The notes beneath the pieces were generated by a model. That model had not been told where the DNA came from. It worked only from the letters and a program-made list of their open reading frames with translations, and made no database searches. Below, piece by piece: positions 39,353-49,985 of a DNA stretch of 64,000 nt (position 1 is its first letter; each line of letters opens with the position of its first letter). The stretch is taken from positions 2,688,001-2,752,000 of the forward strand of contig OZ242383.1 in the NCBI GenBank assembly GCA_965209155.1. Direction: 5' to 3'. The position numbers and the translations under genes were made by a program. This DNA is from a bacterium (GTDB lineage: Bacteria; SAR324; NAC60-12).

Positions 39353-42300
39353 ATGAAAGGCAAAATCAGCAAGCAATCCGTCGAAAATCTCTCATGCGAG
39401 AGAAAAGACCACTTCTTGTGGGACACGGAGCTGCCGATGTTCGGTTGTAAAATAACCCCCAAGGGCAGACGGGTGTATCTCCTGCAATACCGCATCAAGG
39501 GACGACAGAAACGCTATACCATTGGCACCCATGGGGTTTTGACCGCCAGGGAAGCCCGCCACCTTGCCAGGAAGATGCTGCATGAGGTGGTTCTGGGTCG
39601 TGATCCGGCAGATACGAAGAATAAAAAAGGAGATCAAAACGATAAATTGTCTCCTGGACCTCCAAAACCGGTTGTGAACAAAACGAAGTCCGTTTCCAGT
39701 GGGGAAAAACCTGAGATTCCGGGTTATTCGCTGGAGGAGGTCATTTTTGAAAGCAGCCAGACCTGGATCTGGCGCGGCAGGCGGCAAAGGGATGGGCTTT
39801 GGGTTCTGATCAAAGGCACGGCATCTTCCGAGCAGAGTGCGCAGGAGCTGGCGGAAATACGGCATGAACATGAGATCACGCAGGCTCTGGAGATTGATGG
39901 GGTCCTTAGGGCAGAGGAACTGGTGGCGTGTGAAAACGGATGGGCATTGATCCTTGAAAACACGGAAGGACTCCCTTTGAGAAAGCTGATGGATACCACC
40001 CGGCTCGACTTGCTGGACTCGCTGAAGGTAGCGCTTTCACTGACCAGCACCCTGAAAGAAGTGCACCGGCAGGGCATCTTGCATAAAATGATCAATCCGT
40101 TGAATATTTTTGTTGATCCGGCATCGGGGACGGTCAAACTGAGCGGCTTCGACCTGGCCATCCGGTTGCCTAAGGAAAATTTGACGACGTTGAGTCCCCT
40201 GCTGACCGGGGAAACCTTGCCCTATATCTCCCCCGAGCAGACCGGCCGGATGAACCGCCCCCTCGATTATCGCAGTGATTTTTATTCCCTGGGGGTCACC
40301 CTTTATGAACTTTTCAGCGGAAGGGTGCCCTTCCACTCCCGGGAGGCCATGGAAATCATCCACGCTCACATTGCACGGCAGCCCGTATCCCTGGACCAGG
40401 TGGCGCCGCAGGTGCCCAAAACCCTTTCTAATATGGTCATGAAACTGGTGGCCAAGCGTGCCGAAGCTCGCTACCAGAATCACTCGGGTCTGACAGCCGA
40501 TCTCCTGACATGTGTGGAGCAACTGGAAAAGCAGGGAAGCCTGTCCGACTTTCCCCTGGGTCGCTATGATATGCCTAAAGAACTACAGATCGCCCCGGGG
40601 CTTTACGGCCGGGAGAATGAAATCACCGCTCTGGAGGCTGCCCTGGAGCGAGTCAGCCAGGGAGCGACCGAGATGGTGTTGATCTCGGGATCCGCTGGTG
40701 TCGGCAAAACCGCCCTGGTCGGTGAAATCTATAAGTCCGTTGTCCAAAAAAACGGTTTCTTCATCTCCGGCAAGTTTGACCAGCTCCGGCACAATATCCC
40801 CTACAGCGCCCTGATCCAGGCGCTGCGGGGACTGATCCGGGAGATATCGGTCGCAAACAAATCCGGAATGGAGCGTTGGAAAATCAGGATACGGACTGCC
40901 CTGGGACCCAACGGACAACTGGTGACCCGGGTGATCCCGGAACTGGAACCGATGATCGGCCCGCAACCCCCGCTGCCGGAAATGGGAGCGCTGGAGGCCC
41001 GGAACCGCTTCACTGCCGTTTTACTGGAATTCCTCGACCTTTTCTGTGAAAAAACACATCCCCTGGTTATTTTTCTGGACGACTTGCAGTGGGTGGACGC
41101 CGATACCCTCAAGCTGGTGGAACGGATCGCTCAGGATCCCGAGAAGAAACCTCTGCTTTTCCTGGGAGCCTATCGCGACAACAAGGTGGATGCCGGCCAT
41201 CAGCTAACGGCTGCTATCGATGTGATTAAAAAAACAGGCCAGCCGCTGCAAAGGATCCCCTTAAAGCCCCTGAACCCGGAGAACATCTCACAACTGCTCG
41301 TCCATACCTGCCACTGCCGTCCTGAGGAGGCCAAACCGCTGGCCGAGGTCCTGGCGCGCAAAACCGGCGGCAATCCCTTCTTTGTGAGCCAGTTCTTGAC
41401 CGTACTCTCCGAGAAGGAGCTGATCTCCTACTCCCCTGAGGAAAAACGATGGACCTGGGACCTGGCTGCCATCGAATTCCTGGCGGTGACCGAGAATGTG
41501 GTGGATTTGCTGGTTGACCGGTTCCACCGGTTTTCCTCTGAAACCAGGCGACTCTTAAGCCTGGCGGCCTGCATCGGCAATACCTTTGACCTTGAATCGT
41601 TGGAACGGATCAGCGGAGCCGGAAGCAGGGAGATCTATGAGAACCTGTTGCCGGCCCTGGAAACCGGGTTGATCCTCGGTCTTTCCCAGGCTCCGCAACT
41701 GGATAATCCTCCCGCCGGAGCGAGCACGGAGAGCGGCAGCTTCAAATTCCTGCATGACCGGGTGCAGCAGGCTGCCTATGCTCTCATTGCCCAAAAGGAG
41801 AAACAGACGGTCCATCTTCAAATCGGCCAGAGCCTGCTCAAGCAATACGCTCTGGGAAAAAGGGACGCTCTGCTTTTTGACATCGTCCACCATCTCAACC
41901 TGGCCCGGAGGGTGAAGGATAAATGGAAAGAACGATCGCGTCTGGCGGAACTCAACCTGAAAGCCGGTCTTAAGGCCAGAGCGGCTTCGGCTTTTGAACA
42001 GGCCCTGAAATATTTTACTCTGGGCCTGGACCTCTTAGGAGCCGCCGCCTGGAAACGGCATTACCCCTTAACCTTATCCCTGCATGAGGAAGCCACGGAG
42101 ATGTCATCGCTCTGCGGACGCTTCGAGTTGATGGAGCAGCTGGCCGGTGCCGTGAAAGACAACGCTCGAGAGGACCTGGACCTGGTCAATGTTTATCGAT
42201 GCCGGATCAAGGCGTACACCAACCAGGGTGAATTAAAAAAGGCACAGGAAACGAGCGCGGAAATTCTGGAGAAACTGGGGTATCAACTGAGCCGTTTGTC

Positions 42301-45300
42301 TCCCGACCAGTGGCAGCAGACCCTCATTCAAATCAAACCCGACCTGGCCGGTAAAAGCGTCGCAGACGTGATACGCTTTGAGCCGCTCACCCAATCGGAT
42401 GCCGAGGTCCTTGTCCCTATCCTCTATGAACTCCATGTGGCCTATGGCCAGGCTGGGGTTACTTTGGATGACGGTCTTTGGCAGCCCATCGCTGCAAAAC
42501 GCATCTCTTTTCTGCTCAATCATTTTCATCCGAAACATTCACCCGAATCCTATGGTCTCCTTGGAGCGATCTATTGCGAGTTTATGCAGGATTTTGAATT
42601 TGGTTATGAACTCGGCCGTCTGGGCATACAGCTCATGGAAGCGCTTGATCTGAAGGAAATAAACTGTAGAGTTTCCGGGGGTTTCAACGGCGCGATCCGA
42701 TTCTACCGGGAGCCGCTATCGGCGTCATTGGAGCCCTTGCTGGAAGCTCATAAGATGGGAATCGAGATGGGAGATTTCTTCAATGCCGGTCGTAGCGCCC
42801 TCACAAGATGTCAGATTGCCTTTATGTGCGGGAAGGAGCTGAATTGGCTGAAAGGGGAATTGTCATCGTTGAAGCTTGCTCTCGAGAAGATCGATTATAT
42901 TATCGGGTCTCGCCATGCCGAAATGCTGACGAAGGCGGTCACGATTCTGATGGAGGAGCCTTCGAGCCTGTCGAGCGGCATCATGGATCAATACCATAGT
43001 GTGTCAAGTGCGGAGTACGTATATCAGGAACAGAGCAGTTTTAATTACCAAAAGCTGGTGCTGCAAACCCTGTTCGAAGAATACGAAGCAGCCCGTGAGA
43101 CAGTTTTTGAAATGATCAACCTGATGAAAACTTACAAGGATGCCCTGATTGATCCCCTGGCCAACTGCTACCTCTCCCTCGCTCTCCTCGCGGTTTGCGG
43201 CCAGGTGCCTGAGAGGGAAAAGGAGGAAATCCTCATCCAGGTCGATGACAATCAGGAGACGTTGGAGAAACTGGCGCGCAGTGCTCCGCCTAATTACCGG
43301 CACAAGCATCACTTGGTGGAAGCCGAGCGGATGCGGGTTCTGGATGGCAACCCCGATACCATTATGCACCACTATGACCAGGCCATCGCTTTGGCCAGAG
43401 AGAGCGAATTTATCCACGAGGAAGCCCTGGCCAATGAACTGGCAGCCAGGTACTTGCTCAACCAGGGGCAGAACGACGACGCCAGGGCTTACCTGCACTC
43501 AGCAATGGAGCAGTACGAAGCCTGGGGGGCAAAACGGAAGGTCGCGCACCTGAAGTCTCGATATCCCGGCTTGATTGTCGATGATCGTGCTGAAGCGGCG
43601 TCTCCTTCGGCCAACCTGGACCTGGGGACGATGCTCAAAGCCTCGGAAGCCATCTCCAGTACCCTCGAGCTGGAACCACTGCTGGAGATCCTGCTTGGCA
43701 TTCTCATAGAAAATGCCGGGGCCCAGACAGCAGCCCTGATTCTGGAAACCGAAGGTCAGTCTCTCATCGCTGCCCGCGGGAGTGCCGAACAAGTAGAATG
43801 TTTTCTACCGCTTTCCCTGCCTGTGGAAAAGGCCGAATCCCTCTCCCTCTCGGTCATCTCCTGGGTGAAACAAACCCGGGAGCACCTGGTTTTAGACAAC
43901 GCCTCCCGGGAGGAACGGTTTGCCGGGGATGACTATATCAGAAAGGAGCGTCCCAAATCCATCCTGTGCGCGCCGATCACTCACAAGACATCTTTGAACG
44001 GAATCATTTACCTGGAAAATAACCTGGTCGAGGGGGCCTTCACCCCCCGGCGATTCGAGGTGATCAAGCACCTTAGCTCCCAGATCGCCATTTCCCTGGA
44101 AAACGCCAGGCTTCACGAAAACCTCAAACGAACCGAAGTGGAATACCGGGGAATATTTGAAAATGCCACCGAAGGCATTTACCGGACGAGCCAGGACGGC
44201 CGCTTTCTGAGCGCCAATCCAGCGATGGCCCGGTTATTCGGGTACTCTTCCCCGGATGAGCTGATGGCATCCATCACCGACGTCGGGCACCAGCTTTATG
44301 TGAATCCGGAGCGGCGTCATCAGTTCCTGGATCTCATCTGGCAACGACTCCCCGTTTCGGATTTTGAGGTGGAATTTTTCCGTAAAGACGGCAGCACCTT
44401 CTGGGCATCCCTGCACGCCCGCCCCATCTATGACGAGAACGATGCATTGCGCTTCATCGATGGGATTCTTTCCGACATAACGGTGCAGAAAAACCGGATG
44501 GAAGCCCTGCATGAAGAAAATGTCCGCCTGAAGGCCAACATTAAGGAACGTTATCGCTTCGGAAAGATCATCGGCAAAAGCCCCGTGATGCAGGAGATTT
44601 ATGAATTGATCTTAAAGGCGGCGGCTAGCGATGCGGGCGTCATTGTATACGGTGAATCAGGGACCGGGAAAGAACTGGTGGCCAAAGCCATCCATGAGAT
44701 GAGTGATAGAAAAGAAAAACCCTTTGTTCCCGTCAACGCCGGTGCTGTTCCGGAAAACCTCTTGGAAAGCGAGTTTTTCGGCTACAAAAAAGGGGCCTTT
44801 ACCGGCGCCAATGCCGATAAGCGCGGCCTGCTCCAACAGGCAGACAAAGGCACGCTTTTCCTGGATGAATTGAGTGAAATCGGCCCCAACCTGCAAGCCA
44901 AACTGCTGCGTGCTATTGAGGGTGGAGGGTTCACACCAGTGGGCGGACTTGAAGCGGAAACCTCCGATTTTCGCATCATTGCTGCCACCAATCAGGATTT
45001 AAAACAACAAATGAAAAAAGGATTGATGCGGAAGGATTTCTTCTACCGCATCCACATTATCCCCATTCACTTGCCGCCTCTCCGGGAACGTAAAGAGGAC
45101 ATCCCCCTGTTGATCGAGCATTTTATGCAAAACTACCCTTCCTCAAAGAATCTGCCCACAATCACTGTCGCTGTCATGGAAGCTCTGACCTCCTATGATT
45201 GGCCGGGCAATGTGAGGGAACTGCAAAATACGTTGCACCGCTACGTTACCTTGAAGAGGCTGGATTTTCTGGGAGCCCCTTTAAAAGCGCCGGCCCCTTC

Positions 45301-45526
45301 GCCGGAGATGAAATTTGAACCGATCCGGCCAAATGAAGAGTTGCTCCGAGAGGCGATGGGGCATTTCGAAAGAGAGTATATCCTGAAGCAATTGGAAAGG
45401 TACCATTGGAACCGCTCCAAAGTTGCTTCTAAGCTTGGCATTGACCGAAAGACACTTTTTAAAAAGATGAGGAGTTATGGGGTGTTTGAGCCCCATAATG
45501 TGGCCAGATGGGAAGGCGAATCTTAA
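39353..45526 (+). CDS. integrase arm-type DNA-binding domain + Ser/Thr kinase-like + STAND/AAA ATPase + GAF + PAS + sigma54 activator + HTH fusion
   Basis: [105 protein letters not shown]-terminal HTH; RBS AGGAGG. Confidence 0.9.
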   Translation: MKGKISKQSVENLSCERKDHFLWDTELPMFGCKITPKGRRVYLLQYRIKGRQKRYTIGTHGVLTAREARHLARKMLHEVVLGRDPADTKNKKGDQNDKLSPGPPKPVVNKTKSVSSGEKPEIPGYSLEEVIFESSQTWIWRGRRQRDGLWVLIKGTASSEQSAQELAEIRHEHEITQALEIDGVLRAEELVACENGWALILENTEGLPLRKLMDTTRLDLLDSLKVALSLTSTLKEVHRQGILHKMINPLNIFVDPASGTVKLSGFDLAIRLPKENLTTLSPLLTGETLPYISPEQTGRMNRPLDYRSDFYSLGVTLYELFSGRVPFHSREAMEIIHAHIARQPVSLDQVAPQVPKTLSNMVMKLVAKRAEARYQNHSGLTADLLTCVEQLEKQGSLSDFPLGRYDMPKELQIAPGLYGRENEITALEAALERVSQGATEMVLISGSAGVGKTALVGEIYKSVVQKNGFFISGKFDQLRHNIPYSALIQALRGLIREISVANKSGMERWKIRIRTALGPNGQLVTRVIPELEPMIGPQPPLPEMGALEARNRFTAVLLEFLDLFCEKTHPLVIFLDDLQWVDADTLKLVERIAQDPEKKPLLFLGAYRDNKVDAGHQLTAAIDVIKKTGQPLQRIPLKPLNPENISQLLVHTCHCRPEEAKPLAEVLARKTGGNPFFVSQFLTVLSEKELISYSPEEKRWTWDLAAIEFLAVTENVVDLLVDRFHRFSSETRRLLSLAACIGNTFDLESLERISGAGSREIYENLLPALETGLILGLSQAPQLDNPPAGASTESGSFKFLHDRVQQAAYALIAQKEKQTVHLQIGQSLLKQYALGKRDALLFDIVHHLNLARRVKDKWKERSRLAELNLKAGLKARAASAFEQALKYFTLGLDLLGAAAWKRHYPLTLSLHEEATEMSSLCGRFELMEQLAGAVKDNAREDLDLVNVYRCRIKAYTNQGELKKAQETSAEILEKLGYQLSRLSPDQWQQTLIQIKPDLAGKSVADVIRFEPLTQSDAEVLVPILYELHVAYGQAGVTLDDGLWQPIAAKRISFLLNHFHPKHSPESYGLLGAIYCEFMQDFEFGYELGRLGIQLMEALDLKEINCRVSGGFNGAIRFYREPLSASLEPLLEAHKMGIEMGDFFNAGRSALTRCQIAFMCGKELNWLKGELSSLKLALEKIDYIIGSRHAEMLTKAVTILMEEPSSLSSGIMDQYHSVSSAEYVYQEQSSFNYQKLVLQTLFEEYEAARETVFEMINLMKTYKDALIDPLANCYLSLALLAVCGQVPEREKEEILIQVDDNQETLEKLARSAPPNYRHKHHLVEAERMRVLDGNPDTIMHHYDQAIALARESEFIHEEALANELAARYLLNQGQNDDARAYLHSAMEQYEAWGAKRKVAHLKSRYPGLIVDDRAEAASPSANLDLGTMLKASEAISSTLELEPLLEILLGILIENAGAQTAALILETEGQSLIAARGSAEQVECFLPLSLPVEKAESLSLSVISWVKQTREHLVLDNASREERFAGDDYIRKERPKSILCAPITHKTSLNGIIYLENNLVEGAFTPRRFEVIKHLSSQIAISLENARLHENLKRTEVEYRGIFENATEGIYRTSQDGRFLSANPAMARLFGYSSPDELMASITDVGHQLYVNPERRHQFLDLIWQRLPVSDFEVEFFRKDGSTFWASLHARPIYDENDALRFIDGILSDITVQKNRMEALHEENVRLKANIKERYRFGKIIGKSPVMQEIYELILKAAASDAGVIVYGESGTGKELVAKAIHEMSDRKEKPFVPVNAGAVPENLLESEFFGYKKGAFTGANADKRGLLQQADKGTLFLDELSEIGPNLQAKLLRAIEGGGFTPVGGLEAETSDFRIIAATNQDLKQQMKKGLMRKDFFYRIHIIPIHLPPLRERKEDIPLLIEHFMQNYPSSKNLPTITVAVMEALTSYDWPGNVRELQNTLHRYVTLKRLDFLGAPLKAPAPSPEMKFEPIRPNEELLREAMGHFEREYILKQLERYHWNRSKVASKLGIDRKTLFKKMRSYGVFEPHNVARWEGES

Positions 45527-45553
45527 TGGGAATCTGTTGTATCGACTTTTGGG

Positions 45554-45907
45554 CTATTGATGAATTATAAGCGTTTCAGGAGTTAACTCGACCAAACGGT
45601 GAGTTTTAAAGGTCTCGTCAATTTCCTCTATGTTATTTGAAAATAATTCCAGTAGATCGTTATTTGAGATATTTCCTGTGGCAACATAAAGTAATTTATG
45701 TGGTTTGTTTAAAATCAAGATGGAGTCAATAAAATCAGAATCTTTTGAAACAACAACCCTCTTCTCACTCAAGGAAATTTTGTTAATATCCCGATCTTTT
45801 GTCCTGTTTTTATCGAGAAGATCGAGTGTATGAATTGAGTTGTACCCCATCTCAATCAAGGCCAAGCATAGGCGTTCAGGGAGTTGTGCATCTATCAAGT
45901 ATTTCAT
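45554..45907 (-). CDS. DUF5615 family PIN-like toxin
   Basis: MKYLIDAQLP...G..SIHT...D..I...VVVSKDSDF...P.KL...GN. Confidence 0.88.
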   Translation of the reverse strand: MKYLIDAQLPERLCLALIEMGYNSIHTLDLLDKNRTKDRDINKISLSEKRVVVSKDSDFIDSILILNKPHKLLYVATGNISNNDLLELFSNNIEEIDETFKTHRLVELTPETLIIHQ

Positions 45908-46137
45908 GAGGCAAGTTTGTAAATACTTTTAACCTGACTCAATATTGAAGCGAACATTAAACAAGCTTTGATATCATTTTTCTCCAAATCTTCGTAATCC
46001 TGAAGTATTTCATCTATCTCCATATCACCACTCAATAACTCCAATATCATCTCAACAGGATAGCGAAGTCCACGAATACTAGGTTTCCCATGACAAATAT
46101 CTGGATCAATAGTAATTCTTTGTAGTAGATCATCCAT
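45904..46137 (-). CDS. DUF433 family antitoxin
   Basis: RITIDPDICHGKPSIRGLRYPV..ILELL...EIL.DY.DL...DI.ACL; ATGA overlap with the toxin. Confidence 0.92.
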   Translation of the reverse strand: MDDLLQRITIDPDICHGKPSIRGLRYPVEMILELLSGDMEIDEILQDYEDLEKNDIKACLMFASILSQVKSIYKLAS

Positions 46138-46318
46138 TATAAACTCCTTATATAAAATATATAAAGTTGACCAAGTACTTATTTACGGCAATTGTACACT
46201 TTTCTCTATATGGGAGCAAATAAATGGACCATTCAAAACTGACTGTCAAGAGGGATCGATCTATTTGTGATCAGAGCAGGCTCGTCCTTAAGACGCTTTT
46301 TAAAAAGATGAGGAGTTA

Positions 46319-46428
46319 TGGGGTGTTTGAGCCCCATAATGTGGCGAAATGACCCCAGTTTTCATTTATCCTTAAATTTCAGTAGGATACTAAGAAAATC
46401 CACGGTAGCATGGGGCCATTTGGCCCCA
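46319..46428. promoter_or_regulatory. three putative bEBP upstream activator sites, TGGGG-N8-CCCCA
   Basis: TGGGGTGTTTGAGCCCCA (46319-46336), TGTGGCGAAATGACCCCA (46340-46357), TGGGGCCATTTGGCCCCA (46411-46428). Confidence 0.7.
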
Positions 46429-46517
46429 CTTCGCGATCTTTTCAAAACCTGTCGAAACTTCCTCTGTCAATCAATTATTCTAGTGAATTCAATCACTTAG
46501 ACTATCCCACGCCGTTT

Positions 46518-46532
46518 TGGCACCATCCTTGC
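46518..46532 (+). promoter_or_regulatory. sigma54 (-24/-12) promoter
   Basis: TGGCAC-CATCC-TTGC, exact consensus spacing, downstream of a GAFTGA activator gene. Confidence 0.88.
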
Positions 46533-46766
46533 CTGATACTATTCCAACAAATCAATTCCTTCCGCTGAGGAAGGGAGAGGTCCCTGACTAAAACTCCAAA
46601 GCAGCGCATCCCAACGCGAAGCATTGGGACGATTTAAAGGGAGAAAAGGGTTATCGGTCAGACACTCGAAGTAAATCATCATTAAAGGAGGAAATGCCTA
46701 TGGAATAAAACCCGTTTTGAAACAGCTGATGGGCGCGTGAGAGCGTCATTTTATCATTATATTTTT

Positions 46767-46865
46767 TAAGGAGAATCTTATGAAATCGAAAATCGCTATT
46801 CTGTTAATGCCATTTATTCATTCATTGATATAAGGAGAATCTTATGAAAACAAAAATCGCTATTC
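46767..46865 (+). repeat. duplicated RBS plus start (35 bp x2)
   Basis: TAAGGAGAATCTTATGAAA(T/A)C(G/A)AAAATCGCTATTC at 46767-46801 and 46831-46865. Confidence 0.8.
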
Positions 46866-48694
46866 CAAACAACCCTTCATCTTGGCTTTTTAATCAAAAA
46901 GCAGAAAGGAATCAAATGAATCGTCAAAAAAGCAAATCAACCTTCAGGTCAACCCTGCTGGCCCTCATGCTGGTCCTCCTCCTGGGAGGAGCAGGCTTTT
47001 TGGGCAGCCCGGCCTGGGCAGCCGAAATATGTGGTTTTTCGTCGGAGGCGGCAAAGAACGCCGGGCCGCAATACGGTGGGAGTATTACATTCCTGGATGG
47101 ATATGGGGGGGCTTTTCCGCCTACAACCTGGCACCAAGGAGAAGGCAGTAACTGGACGGCAGGTATGTATCATGAACCGATGTATGAGACCCTTTTGGTT
47201 AATGATATTGTGCTTAAGGGGCCATGCGGCACAGGGGAATCTGGATTTTATCACGGTGCAGGTGAACTTTTGGAAGTGATGACAGGTCGATTGGCTGAAA
47301 GATGGGAGTTACCCGATTCGAAAACACTTATATACCATCTACGTCGGGGAGTCATGTGGTCGGGTAAGCCGGGAGTCATGGAATCCAGGGAGCTGACAGC
47401 GGAGGATATCGTTAAAAGCTATGAATTGGGTTGGAAGCGCTATCCGGATTGGCACACTACTAAAGACGTGGAGTCGATGACAGCTAAGGATAGGTACACG
47501 GTTGTACTAAAGAGTAGAAAAATCCCTAATGAATGGGCAACATACTTTGGAGTCGCGCCTTGGCTTGGGAACACCGTCGTACCTGCTGAGGTGGGGGACG
47601 AGGCTATGAAAGACTGGAAGACTCATGTGGGGCTGGGGACTGGCCCGTTTCATCTCCAGGACGTCGTGGAAGGCAGCCATGTAGCTTACGTAAGGAATCC
47701 CAATTACTGGGACAATTACGTATTCAATGACAAGAAATACGAGATTCCGTTTATCGACCGCCTGGTAAAAACTGTAATACAGGATAAATCCTCCCAGGTC
47801 GCTGCGTTACGAACAGGGAAGATTGACGTGTATGATGCACTCGAAAAAAAGTTCGTCGACTCGGTAAAAAGATCAGCTCCCGAAATAAAGATGATAGAGA
47901 GACCGGCGGAAAGAGCCTGGAGAATGGGCTTTAGGCTGGATAAGAAGCCCCTTGACGATCTCAGGGTGCGCAGAGCAATGAGCATGGCTATAGATCGAGA
48001 CGGCTTTATCAATGCCATTCAGGGAGGCAAAGGAGAGATTTTAAACGCTGAGATCCATTCAGGACATACAGAGACTTTTTATACTCCTCTGGAGAAGATG
48101 CCGAAAGAAGTTCAGGAGAATTTTTCGTATAACCCTGAGCTTGCGAGGCAACTATTAGCCGAGGCAGGCTACCCGAACGGTTTCGAGACTACCATACAAG
48201 CATATGCACGGGAGCCTGAGCGAGATGTGGTGTCTTTTCTGGCAGCTAATTGGAAGGATGTCGGAATCAACGTTAAAATTGATCTGCGGGATTCGACTAC
48301 TTTGGATGGATTGCTAAATGAAAATGAGCATGCGCCGTTGACTTTTCTTGCTAACGCAGTTTTTACTGCGGCAGGTACTTTGGTCTCTTTTGCAGTTGAT
48401 GAGTCTAATGCTTATCAAGTCGCGGTGGTTGATGACCCTGAAATAAACGAGGTTTATGAAAAGTGGGAAAACACATTGGACCCCGTTAAAGCGAACAAGA
48501 TCATAAAGGGTTTGAACGTGTTATGGCTGTCGAAAGCTTATGTGGCCTATTTACCAACTCCATATGTAACCGTGGCTCACTGGCCATGGGTAGAGAACTA
48601 CTCCGGCGAAGTCAATGATTCCCAAGCTATGGCTGTAGGCTCGATTTTCGCTCGTGCCTGGATCAACAGCGATTTAAAGGCAGAAATACAGTAA
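46844..48694 (+). CDS. family-5 ABC transporter substrate-binding protein
   Basis: PQYGGSIT, LAERWE, GTGPF, DLRVRRAMSMAIDR, LLAEAGYPNGF; probable alternative start ATG 46916. Confidence 0.9.
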   Translation: MKTKIAIPNNPSSWLFNQKAERNQMNRQKSKSTFRSTLLALMLVLLLGGAGFLGSPAWAAEICGFSSEAAKNAGPQYGGSITFLDGYGGAFPPTTWHQGEGSNWTAGMYHEPMYETLLVNDIVLKGPCGTGESGFYHGAGELLEVMTGRLAERWELPDSKTLIYHLRRGVMWSGKPGVMESRELTAEDIVKSYELGWKRYPDWHTTKDVESMTAKDRYTVVLKSRKIPNEWATYFGVAPWLGNTVVPAEVGDEAMKDWKTHVGLGTGPFHLQDVVEGSHVAYVRNPNYWDNYVFNDKKYEIPFIDRLVKTVIQDKSSQVAALRTGKIDVYDALEKKFVDSVKRSAPEIKMIERPAERAWRMGFRLDKKPLDDLRVRRAMSMAIDRDGFINAIQGGKGEILNAEIHSGHTETFYTPLEKMPKEVQENFSYNPELARQLLAEAGYPNGFETTIQAYAREPERDVVSFLAANWKDVGINVKIDLRDSTTLDGLLNENEHAPLTFLANAVFTAAGTLVSFAVDESNAYQVAVVDDPEINEVYEKWENTLDPVKANKIIKGLNVLWLSKAYVAYLPTPYVTVAHWPWVENYSGEVNDSQAMAVGSIFARAWINSDLKAEIQ

Positions 48695-48701
48695 TGAGCC
48701 C

Positions 48702-48732
48702 ATCGGGGAATGGAGCGATCTCATTCCCCGAT
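48702..48732 (+). terminator. hairpin downstream of SBP gene
   Basis: ATCGGGGAATG-N9-CATTCCCCGAT, 11-bp perfect stem. Confidence 0.6.
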
Positions 48733-48764
48733 TATGATAGGGTAGAGAAACAAGGGGATACAAA

Positions 48765-49066
48765 ATGCAGGCCTACATCATCAGGAGAGTCCTCCTGATT
48801 ATACCCACTATCTTCGTAATGAGTCTCATCGTGTTCTTTGCCATTCGCTTCCTACCTGGGGAGGGATGCTCAGTGGCTCCGGACGCTCTTATATGTTCCT
48901 CTCTCCTTTGATGTCCGTCTGGCCTGGTCTGGCTCTGATGATTGTCGTCTATGGCCTCAATATTTTAGGCGACGCCCTCAGGGATTTGCCCGACCCCCGG
49001 TTGCGGGGCGCTACAGGGCGCTATGGCGGGTCTCAGGCGAGGTCTCGCCAAAAGAGAGTTTCATAA
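48765..49066 (+). pseudogene. dppB 5' end fused by deletion to dppC 3' end
   Basis: MQAYIIRRVLLIIPT...RFLPG joined out of frame to PTWGGML...GDALRDLPDPRLRG at CCTACCTGGGGA (48851-48862). Confidence 0.92.
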
Positions 49067-49084
49067 TTTTTGGAAAGGAGAACC

Positions 49085-49915
49085 ATGACCATTCGTATCC
49101 CCGTCATCATGTGCCACGGAATTTCGGACCAGGGCGACTATCTTCTCAGCGAAGAGCCTTTCAACACGCTGGTGCAGATCGCCGCCGACATGGAGTTCAC
49201 CTCCATCAACTACGACCAGCTTCATGCCTGGCACAGCGGCGGTGCTTCGTTGCCTGAGCGGCCGATAATGTTCGACTTCGACCATCCGATGAAGTCGATG
49301 CGTTACGAGGTACACAAGGCGCTCGACCGGCATGGCAATCGCGGCAATCTGTTCATCAACACCGGGCTGATAGAGGGTCAGGGCTCAATTCAACCTGCTG
49401 AAATGCAAGAATGGCTTATACGTCACGGGGAGAAAACGATGACCTGGGATGAGATCCGCGAGCTGGTCAAATTGGGGTGGCACATCGGTGCCCATACCGT
49501 GACCCACCCAGATCTGTCGCAGCTCTCCCTGGAAGATCCGCAGGGAGACCGGCTCAAGGAGGAACTGGAGACCTGCGATGCCACCCTCGAAGAGCATCTG
49601 GGTAAAGCCCCGCAGGATTTCGCCTTTACCGGCACCAGCTGGAGTACCATCGCCGCAAAGAGAGTGAAGGAACGGTATCGCTTCGGCCGGCTATGGTTAA
49701 TCGGTTCGATGGTCCAGGTGGACGGAGGCGAAATGCGGGTGGCGGAACTGTTAGGAGTCCAAGGGGATGACGAAGCGGACGGCGGCCCGCCCATAGCAGC
49801 ACGCTACATTGAGCGCGGGACCTCAGCGTACCTGTTGCCTTCGATTGAAATCCAGTCTCCGTTGCTGCACACGGTAGAGGCCTTCCGCAGTTATCTGGAG
49901 GGGGCGTTGGTGTAG
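49085..49915 (+). CDS. polysaccharide deacetylase (NodB-like) family protein
   Basis: IPVIMCHGI, PIMFDFD, MTWDEIREL..GWHIGAHTVTHPDL. Confidence 0.8.
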   Translation: MTIRIPVIMCHGISDQGDYLLSEEPFNTLVQIAADMEFTSINYDQLHAWHSGGASLPERPIMFDFDHPMKSMRYEVHKALDRHGNRGNLFINTGLIEGQGSIQPAEMQEWLIRHGEKTMTWDEIRELVKLGWHIGAHTVTHPDLSQLSLEDPQGDRLKEELETCDATLEEHLGKAPQDFAFTGTSWSTIAAKRVKERYRFGRLWLIGSMVQVDGGEMRVAELLGVQGDDEADGGPPIAARYIERGTSAYLLPSIEIQSPLLHTVEAFRSYLEGALV

Positions 49916-49985
49916 TTGACAGGGAGGCCAATTCACAACTGAAAATTATTTAGAATTAGAATGGCTGCTTGAAAGGAGGAATATC

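Larger units (their letters stand above)
45449..46345. mobile_element. toxin-antitoxin cassette flanked by 56-bp direct repeats
   Basis: 45449-45504 and 46290-46345 identical except for one base; AT-rich interior. Confidence 0.7.
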
